Below are positions 57,375 to 64,000 of a stretch of 64,000 bases of DNA, piece by piece (positions within the stretch are counted from its first letter, which is position 1; each line of letters starts with the position of its first letter). The translations under genes and the position numbers were made by a program. Location of the stretch: assembly GCA_963796525.1 (NCBI GenBank), contig CAWCMD010000013.1:172230-236229 (forward strand). The letters are read 5' to 3'. The DNA comes from an uncultured Solirubrobacterales bacterium (GTDB lineage Bacteria > Actinomycetota > Thermoleophilia > Solirubrobacterales > Solirubrobacteraceae). Below the pieces are notes generated by a model. The model made no database searches. It saw only the letters and a program-made list of their open reading frames with translations, and had not been told where the DNA came from.

Positions 57375-59483
57375 ATGATGCTGAGGCGGCTTCTCATCTT
57401 TCTTGGGGTGTTGTTTGTGCTTGGGTCTCTCGCGGATGCGGCGTCGGCGGCCCCCGTATTGCTGGGGTCGGTGCCGATCGGGTCTAACCAGGCTGTCCAG
57501 GTTGCGGTCAATTCGGGTCTTAATCGGGTGTATGTGGCCGGGCCGATGGGGGTCACGGGGCTTGAGGTGGTCAACGTCGCGTCGTTGTCCTCGCCGACCT
57601 TGGTCACGACGCTTCCTTACGGCGGCGGCGTCACGGTTGATCCCGCGACCAACCATTTCTTCAGCAGCGACGCGTACGGCGGTCACATCGTCACGTTCAA
57701 CGGCTCGACGAACGCCGCGATCGCGACGACGGCCGAGTCGGGCTGTGGGGGGCTGTTCGACTTCGACCCGGTTCGCAATGTCGTCGACCAGGTGACCCAG
57801 TGCATCGACGCGCTCAACGTGATGAATGCGAGCACGTTCGCGTTGACGGGTTCGCGCTCCCTAGGCGGCGTGGGTGGATGGGTGGCCGTGAACTCGGCGA
57901 CTGGTGACGCCTACGCGGTCGTGAACTACAACCAGACGCGGGTGTACGGACCGCCCCCTGGACTCGGCCTGATCACGACGCTGCCGGGCGAGGTCGTCGC
58001 CGTCAACCCGCTCACCAATCGTGTCTATCTGTGGCCCGGCTCAGGCAACAACCTGACCGTCTATGACGGAGCGACCAACACACCCGTCGGCACCGTTCCC
58101 GGCGGCGCCGGCAACATCGGCGTCAGCTGCGGTGGCATCCCGAACTACAACGACGGAGTCGACACGGGGCTGAACCGGCTGTACGTCCGCAATTCTGACT
58201 GCTCGAACCTGCTGCTCGTTGACGGCGCCAGCAACACCGTCACGGGAACGCTCATCCTCCCGGGTGGCAATGAAGTGCGGGCGGTGACCGTGGACTCGGC
58301 GCGGCATCTCGTGTACGTCGTCGTCGGCTCGTTCTCAGGGGCGAAGACGCTGTACATCTACTCCGATCAAGCACCAGTTCCCAATCCGAATGATCAGTTG
58401 ACGGTGCAGCGGGCCGAGCAGTTCATCGGGCTCGGGTCAGGGGAGACGAAGTCGGTGACGGTATCGTGCCCGTCGGGGTATGAGGTCCTGGACGGCAGTC
58501 CGCTGGTCCAGCAGATCGATCACGGGTTGCCGTCGTTCGTGCAAATCATGCAGTCGCAGAGCACCAGCCCAGGTGCCTACACGTTTACGCTGGTCAATCC
58601 GACGTCGGGCAATGCGCAGGCGAAGGGGTTTGTGACCTGTGTGCTGCGGACTACGACCGACGGCGGTGTGATCACGGTCAGCGATCCGCCGCTTACGCAG
58701 GCGGTCGTGTTCGGTGCCGGCACGACGACACGCACGTTGAGCTCTCCGACCGGGGCGACGGCCGTCGACCCGGGCTACAACTTCACGAGCGGCAGCGGGC
58801 TTGTCTCGGTCTCGCAGCCGACCGGGGATTTGAGCAGGTGGACGTTTGCGATCTCCGGCGGCTCTGGCAATGTCACGCTCTCGATCCGATGCCTGTCACA
58901 GACAACCTCGGACGGCGACCTGTTGCAGACCCAGGAGCTGACAAAGACCGTCAGCGCGCCTCCGGGCGACTCCACTTGGCAGCTGACCTGCCCGGTCGGC
59001 TTCAAGGGAATCGTCGCCTCAGACCAGCTTCCATCGGGCGTGTTCCTGCTCGGCCACGAGCCACAGCCCATCACCAGGGTATTCACGCTGGAGAACACGA
59101 CCGGCACCAACCAGACCGTCACACTCGACCTCCTCTGCCTGTCCAACACCACCTGGCATACCCCAGCACCGTCTCCCGTACCAGCCGCCGTCCGACTCGG
59201 CAGCTCGCTCCAGGTGAGCCACGGAGTGGCACTCGTGACCGTGCGGTGCGTCACGACGGGCCGCTGCCATGGTGTGCTATCGCTCTCCACGGTCGCGGGC
59301 ACGCGGGTTGCGTCCCGGTCTATCTCGATTCGGGGCCGGCACACCACGCACGTACAGCTCGGCCTCGACAGCGCCGGACGCAAGGCAATCGCTCAACGGC
59401 ACGCCCACTGGCTAAAGATCGCATTCCAAGGTGAAAACGGAGTCCGGATCAGCGGCGTACTGCACATTCAGCGATCACCGTAG
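57375..59483 (+). CDS. secreted YVTN-type beta-propeller repeat protein with C-terminal beta-rich domains
   Basis: AAGGAGG lies just upstream of the ATGATG. Signal peptide MMLRRLLIFLGVLFVLGSLADAASA. Repeats include AVNSGLNRVYVAG, TVDPATNHFFSS, AVNSATGDAYAV, AVNPLTNRVYLW, DTGLNRLYVRN and TVDSARHLVYVV. Confidence 0.7.
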   Translation: MMLRRLLIFLGVLFVLGSLADAASAAPVLLGSVPIGSNQAVQVAVNSGLNRVYVAGPMGVTGLEVVNVASLSSPTLVTTLPYGGGVTVDPATNHFFSSDAYGGHIVTFNGSTNAAIATTAESGCGGLFDFDPVRNVVDQVTQCIDALNVMNASTFALTGSRSLGGVGGWVAVNSATGDAYAVVNYNQTRVYGPPPGLGLITTLPGEVVAVNPLTNRVYLWPGSGNNLTVYDGATNTPVGTVPGGAGNIGVSCGGIPNYNDGVDTGLNRLYVRNSDCSNLLLVDGASNTVTGTLILPGGNEVRAVTVDSARHLVYVVVGSFSGAKTLYIYSDQAPVPNPNDQLTVQRAEQFIGLGSGETKSVTVSCPSGYEVLDGSPLVQQIDHGLPSFVQIMQSQSTSPGAYTFTLVNPTSGNAQAKGFVTCVLRTTTDGGVITVSDPPLTQAVVFGAGTTTRTLSSPTGATAVDPGYNFTSGSGLVSVSQPTGDLSRWTFAISGGSGNVTLSIRCLSQTTSDGDLLQTQELTKTVSAPPGDSTWQLTCPVGFKGIVASDQLPSGVFLLGHEPQPITRVFTLENTTGTNQTVTLDLLCLSNTTWHTPAPSPVPAAVRLGSSLQVSHGVALVTVRCVTTGRCHGVLSLSTVAGTRVASRSISIRGRHTTHVQLGLDSAGRKAIAQRHAHWLKIAFQGENGVRISGVLHIQRSP

Positions 59484-59888
59484 CTCCCCGGTAACCCAAC
59501 CCGCGGAGTCGAGCCCCTCAAACCCCCTGCGTATCTCGTCCCCGTAACTTGACGCATCGCTGGCCGTGCGCATCGAGCGCACTCAGATCACGCGCTCTCC
59601 GTCATACCTAGGCTCGAGTCGACGCCCGAAACCGACCGACGCCAGCCACGATCTTCCCGAGTTGCTAGCGCCCGGACCACGCTGATCGACACCCGCTGAC
59701 CAGGCCGTCCCTGGCGCAACGCGGCCAGGACGTTGACTGCCACAGGCTCCAGTGTGGTGCCGGCAGTCGGACACAGGCAGTCACGAAGCCGTGGCAGCTC
59801 CCGTGGTCGCGCGAGCACAAATGCGCGTCTCGTCCCGCATGTCGAAAAGCACCCGCTCGCCGCCAAAGGTGGAGCTCTCGGAGACGCA

Positions 59889-60764
59889 TCGGGCGCGAAG
59901 GCGTACGTGCTGGTCGGCGCGCTGTCGCACTCCAGCCGGCTGCGCGGCTGCTTCTCCGACGGCGAGAGCTTCCCGCACCTGGCCGAGGCGCTGGACGGCG
60001 TGCTGCGCCGCCTCGGCGGCACGGCTCGTTCGTGGCGGACGGACCGGATGGGGACTTTCGTCTATCCCGGCACGGACCGGCTGCGACCGGGGGCGGCGGC
60101 GCTGGCCAAGCACTACGGCGTCACGGTTGCGGTGTGTCCGGCGCTGCGGCCGCAGCGCAAGGGTGTCGTCGAGAAGGCGATCCAGTACGTGACGCAGTCG
60201 TGGTGGCGCTCGGCGCCGGTCGCGTCGCCGGCGCAGGCGCAGGCCGATCTGGATCGCTGGTGTGTGGCGGTGTCCGATCGCCGCCGCCGCGGCCGCAGCA
60301 CCGTCAGTGAACTCGCGGCCGGCGAGCAGCTGCTCGGCTTGCCGGAGCTGCCGTTCCCGGCCGAGTACCGCGAGCAACGGGTCGTCTCGCGTGAGGCGCT
60401 GGTCGAGTTCGAGACCAACCGCTACAGCGTTGCGCCCGGCCACGCCGGCCAGTCGGTCGAGGTCCGCGCCCGGCTCGGCGAGCTGCACCTGGAGATCTAC
60501 ACGTCTGCCGGGCGACGGATCGCGAGGCATCGTCGCGCGCTCGCGGGTGTCGGGCAGACGATCCGCACGCCCGAGCACACGAGCATGCTCGAGCAGGCGG
60601 TGCTCGCCCAGTTCACCACACGCAGGGCGTGCCCGCGCAAACCGAACCGGCCGCCCGGCGAGCAGGCACTGGCCGAGGCGGCCAGGCTCCGTGGCGAGCA
60701 GCCCGGCGGTGTCGTCGTCGATCTGGAGAGCTACGCGCGGATCGCGAGGGTGACCGGGCGATGA
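59889..60764 (+). pseudogene. istA: IS21 transposase IstA, C-terminal about 290 aa only
   Basis: KAYVLVGALSHSSRLRGCF...RSWRTDRMGTFV...AKHYGVTVAVCPALRPQRKGVVEKAIQY...EFETNRYSVAPGHAG matches actinobacterial IstA from the middle of the DDE domain onward. The HTH and first catalytic region are absent. The track ORF's first ~50 aa (from 59733) are not IstA-like. Confidence 0.7.
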
Positions 60765-61009
60765 CCGAGTACCTGCACACCTACAACCTGGTGATCGACC
60801 CCGAGCAGGGCACCCAGCTCCCGGACGGCTCCTGGTCCCAGGACGTGACTCTCGTGCTCATCGACGGTCCTGGACCTGACAGTCGCCGGCCGGTCGCGAT
60901 CACGCTCACGCCAGAGCAAGCACGCGAGCTCGGCTTCCAGCTGCTCGCCGCCGCCGAGCACGCCGACCGAACCACCACACCGCACCCCGAAGGAGACGAC
61001 GCACGATGA
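60761..61009 (+). CDS. 82-aa hypothetical ORF nested between istA and istB
   Basis: MTEYLHTYNLVIDPEQGTQLPDGSWSQDVTLVLIDGPGPDSRRPVAITLTPEQARELGFQLLAAAEHA.... Its ATG overlaps the istA TGA and its TGA overlaps the istB ATG. Confidence 0.5.
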   Translation: MTEYLHTYNLVIDPEQGTQLPDGSWSQDVTLVLIDGPGPDSRRPVAITLTPEQARELGFQLLAAAEHADRTTTPHPEGDDAR

Positions 61010-61797
61010 CCGACCACGTCTACCAGCAGCTGCGCGAGCACCTCGCCTACCTCAAACTCGGCGCGGTCGCCGAGCAACTCGCGCGAGCGCTCGAGCAGGC
61101 CGAGCAACACAAGCCCAGCTACACACGGTTCCTCGCCGACCTGCTCTCAGTCGAGATCACAGCGACCGAGCAACGCAGACTCGACGGACGACTGCGGTTC
61201 GCGAGCTTCCCCGCCCACAAGACACTCGAACAGTTCGACTTCGACGCCCAACCGTCACTCGACCGGCGCCTCGTCGAAGAGCTCGCCACCCTGCGGTTCA
61301 TCGAGGAGAAGGCCAACGTGCTGCTGATCGGCCCGCCCGGCGTCGGCAAAACGATGCTCGCCACCGCCCTCGGGCTCAAGGCCGTGCACGCTGGCTACCG
61401 CGTCTACTACACAACCGCCGCCGACCTCGTCGCGCGAACCACCCGCGCCGCACTCGAAGGCCGCTGGCAGACCACGATGCGCTTCTGGAACGGCCCAGCC
61501 GTTCTTGTGATTGACGAGCTCGGCTATCTCCCGATGCCCGGGGAAGCCGCCTCCCACCTCTTCCAAGTGATCACCCGCCGCTACGAACACGGCAGCGTGA
61601 TCCTCACCACCAACCGCGGGATCGCGCAATGGGGCGAAATCTTCGAAGACACCACCGTCGCCGCAGCGATCCTCGACCGCCTACTCCACCACGCCACCGT
61701 CCTACAGATCGACGGGGACAGCTACCGCATGAGAGGCCACCGCGCGCGCCTCGCGCAACTCCGCGCCGGCCTCAACCAGGGTGGGGAATTCTCATGA
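61006..61797 (+). CDS. istB: IS21 helper ATPase IstB
   Basis: LLIGPPGVGKTMLATALG Walker A, VLVIDELGYLP Walker B and SVILTTNRGIAQWGEIF. Confidence 0.9.
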   Translation: MTDHVYQQLREHLAYLKLGAVAEQLARALEQAEQHKPSYTRFLADLLSVEITATEQRRLDGRLRFASFPAHKTLEQFDFDAQPSLDRRLVEELATLRFIEEKANVLLIGPPGVGKTMLATALGLKAVHAGYRVYYTTAADLVARTTRAALEGRWQTTMRFWNGPAVLVIDELGYLPMPGEAASHLFQVITRRYEHGSVILTTNRGIAQWGEIFEDTTVAAAILDRLLHHATVLQIDGDSYRMRGHRARLAQLRAGLNQGGEFS

Positions 61798-61926
61798 TCG
61801 CAACTGAGGAATTCCAATGAACGTTGACACGCTCGATCGAACGATCGCGACCCTCGAGCAATGGGTCCCTCGGGGCAACTCTAGCCTGCAGCCTCGCCGC
61901 CGCCACCGATCGTGATCTCGCCGGTT

Positions 61927-62682
61927 CTAGTTCGCCTTGAACGTCGTACGGATCCCGACCGGCTTGGTGGTCCGGTTGCTGTAGGCGATCGCAAGCGTCG
62001 GGCTGCCGGCCTGCCGCAGCGTCTGGCCGCGCTTCTTCGGCCGGACGCTCAGCAGGAATCCCTTCCCGGAGCGCCGGCATGAGACGGCCAGGCCGGGGCG
62101 CGACGCCGGCCGAAGCTTGCCGTTCACAACGGCTGTGTAACCCGAGCGCGTGCGCGTGATCAGGATCGGAACCGCTTTTGCCAGCCTGCCGCATGCTCCC
62201 GCCGCTGCATGCGCGCGATCGCGCGCCGCCGTGCCGGGGGTGTTCGGGATCGAGAGCGCCATCCGCAGGCAGACGTTGAGAAACACGAGCTGAAGGTTGA
62301 CGTTCGAGTACGTGATCGGCTCGTCCCGCGGTCCGCTCGTGTACGGCAGGTAGGAAAGGAGAACGCAGGCCAGCACCGCCTGCGAGTGCTTGGAGTTCTT
62401 GGCCAGGTTCGGGAACGTCTGGACGAGCGCCGCGGTCACGTCGTCGAAGGCGGTTGGGTCGGTGCCAGGTAGCGGCTGGGCGTCGAGTGAGCCCTGGGTG
62501 GCGTTGGCCGGTATGTCATCCGTGTGGGTGACGAGCGCGCCCTCGGCCGGCGCGGTCCCGGTACTGGTCTCCGTCCCGCCGTTCTTGGGGAATGAAGATG
62601 CGGGCGACGGGAGCGCCGCCAACACCACCACGGCACCCACAGTGGCCAGGCATCCAGCCCACGACCGTCGCGCCCTCAACAT
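61927..62682 (-). CDS. secreted hypothetical protein
   Basis: Signal peptide MLRARRSWAGCLATVGAVVVLAALPSPASS with non-repetitive mature sequence. I recognise no family. Confidence 0.5.
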   Translation of the reverse strand: MLRARRSWAGCLATVGAVVVLAALPSPASSFPKNGGTETSTGTAPAEGALVTHTDDIPANATQGSLDAQPLPGTDPTAFDDVTAALVQTFPNLAKNSKHSQAVLACVLLSYLPYTSGPRDEPITYSNVNLQLVFLNVCLRMALSIPNTPGTAARDRAHAAAGACGRLAKAVPILITRTRSGYTAVVNGKLRPASRPGLAVSCRRSGKGFLLSVRPKKRGQTLRQAGSPTLAIAYSNRTTKPVGIRTTFKAN

Positions 62683-62809
62683 CCTGGCGCGATCGTACTC
62701 CGGTCGAGGAGGCTCGGCAAGCCCCTGGGTCTGACGGGCCGTGGCAAGCGACGATCTCAGTCACTCTGCTCGAGGCCGAGGTGGACCCACACACCCCGGC
62801 GCCGGACGC

Positions 62810-63769
62810 TCAGGGGTCCGGCCAGACGGTTTGACGCCTCATCAGGGCGTTGAGCTGCCCGGGCGCCACGATGCCGAGGATCTGGGTGGTCAAAGCCTTC
62901 CGGGGCGCGATCCGGACGGGCCTGCTGCGCGCCGCGGTGAGCATCCAGTCTGCCGCTTCGCTGGAGCTGAGCGAGAGCACTCCGTCGTAGGCGCGCGTGG
63001 GCGCAATCATCGGGGTGGCCACCAAGGGGTAGTAGAGCGTCGTCGAGTGCACACCGAGCTCGCCCCACTCGGTTTCGATGGCGCGGCTCATGGCACTCAG
63101 GGCGGCCTTCGACGCGTTGTAGACGCTGAACAGCGGCGCGGACTCCGGCAGAACGCGCCAGCTCGCAACGTTGATGATGTGCCCGTCCCCGCGTTTGATC
63201 ATTCCGGGCGCCACCCCCCGGATCAACCGCAGCGGCGCGTAGTAGTTGAGCGCCATCGTGCGCTCGGCGTCGTGCCAACGCTCGAGCGACTCGGCCAGCG
63301 GCCGGCGGATCGACCGCCCCGCGTTGTTGATCAGGATGTCCACCTCGCCGACGGCCTCGACGAGCTCGTCGATGGCGTCCAGGTCGGCGAGGTTCGTCGG
63401 CATCGCGATCGCGTTGCCACCCCCTGCGGCGATCCGTTCGACGAGCGAGGCCAGCAGGTCCTCCCGGCGTGCGACCACGAGCACCGTCGCACCTTCGGCG
63501 GCGAACTTCTCGGCGGCCGCCTCGCCGATCCCCGATGAGGCGCCGGTCAACAGGATCCGCTTCCCGCGCAGGTCGATCGACGCCTGTGCGGGCAGATGCA
63601 ATTCCGGACGCATTCCGGCCAGTGTCAGCTCTGCTTTCAGCCTCGAAATCAGGTCGGGGTTCGCGGGCGCTGCAGCTTCGTCCTCGACGGGCGCTGGTGG
63701 CGGCGTTCCGGGCTCCGGCTCGGTCCGCTGAGGTCTCCCGGACGCGCCGGGTGGTGTATCCGTACTCAT
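62810..63769 (-). CDS. short-chain dehydrogenase/reductase (SDR)
   Basis: LLTGASSGIGEAAA (TGxxxGIG), ILINNAG and YNASKAAL (YxxxK). The ATG at 63769 lies 8 nt after AAGGAG. The track ORF begins at 63835. Confidence 0.85.
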   Translation of the reverse strand: MSTDTPPGASGRPQRTEPEPGTPPPAPVEDEAAAPANPDLISRLKAELTLAGMRPELHLPAQASIDLRGKRILLTGASSGIGEAAAEKFAAEGATVLVVARREDLLASLVERIAAGGGNAIAMPTNLADLDAIDELVEAVGEVDILINNAGRSIRRPLAESLERWHDAERTMALNYYAPLRLIRGVAPGMIKRGDGHIINVASWRVLPESAPLFSVYNASKAALSAMSRAIETEWGELGVHSTTLYYPLVATPMIAPTRAYDGVLSLSSSEAADWMLTAARSRPVRIAPRKALTTQILGIVAPGQLNALMRRQTVWPDP

Positions 63770-64000
63770 CACAAACGCTCCTTTGCGTCCACCAGCTTTC
63801 AGTAGATGATGACGCTGTCGGGGTCCGGACCACACCCGACGTAGGCGGCGAGACGACGGATGCGGCGCCGTCGGAGCCCCGGCCGCGCGCGGATTAGGCG
63901 AGCGTCATCGGCCCAACCCATACCAAAAAATGGTTGAAAGCCAACACGGACGGGTAGCGGAGGCCGGCAGGGCGGGCAGCGCCCCCGGTCCCAGTTGTCC

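Larger units (their letters stand above)
59880..61900 (+). mobile_element. IS21-family insertion sequence remnant (5'-truncated istA, extra small ORF, istB)
   Basis: There is IstA C-terminal homology and an intact IstB, with three ORFs linked by ATGA overlaps. The left end and the transposase N-terminus are missing. The right boundary is approximate because inverted repeats were not identified. Confidence 0.7.

Noticed and set aside
59484-59880. Search for the missing IstA N-terminus or a disrupted target gene left of the IS21 remnant
   Set aside because: No frame shows the IstA HTH or PGE..Q.DW region. A minus-strand fragment (TLEPVAVNVLAALRQGRPGQRVSISVV...) looks vaguely protein-like but I could not assign it.
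63836-64000. Terminal 165 bp with an A-rich patch (ccataccaaaaaatggttgaaagcc)
   Set aside because: It is too short and truncated by the window edge to call a gene or promoter.

Overview
Very GC-rich (roughly 70% by eye) actinobacterial-type chromosome segment centred on the replication-origin gene cluster. The lineage guess (Actinomycetota, possibly Thermoleophilia-like) is inference from gene order and protein style only.

- 1-23 kb: envelope genes (ASST-like, DUF354, DegT, DedA, UppP), a Ser/Thr kinase with a discoidin-like ectodomain and a beta-PGM/GH65 pair. Next comes the conserved minus-strand morphogenesis operon (polytopic STPK, fhaA, fhaB, pstP, rodA, pbpA, pknB) with ddl coupled to its end, followed by DUF4446-pheA and an HNH protein.
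- 24-41 kb: DUF2277 and AraC, then gyrA-gyrB-dciA-recF-dnaN-dnaA on the minus strand. The plus strand carries rpmH-rnpA-yidD-yidC-jag, a LAGLIDADG-like ORF, rsmG-parA-parB and tRNA-Ile(GAT).
- 41-64 kb: accessory-looking, partly decayed DNA. It holds Rieske, hydrolase/TetR, an antiporter fragment, PPK2-rhodanese-DszB-like under a large LuxR/LAL regulator, a 1.1-kb ORF-poor gap, three secreted beta-propeller/beta-helix proteins, a 5'-truncated IS21 element with an extra ORF, and an SDR.

No rRNA, CRISPR array or prophage was seen.

Most interesting unexplained signals:
1. A 170-bp structured repeat built from four alternating copies of one AT-rich arm. It is perfect at 37877-38046 and diverged with compensatory changes at 23882-24051; an arm-like fragment lies upstream of gyrB.
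2. A free-standing single-motif LAGLIDADG gene translationally coupled to rsmG.
3. A parS whose two perfect half-sites are split by 13 bp, just upstream of that gene.
4. At least three conserved genes with single-base frame breaks (assembly error versus decay).
5. An orphan DszB-like desulfinase module.
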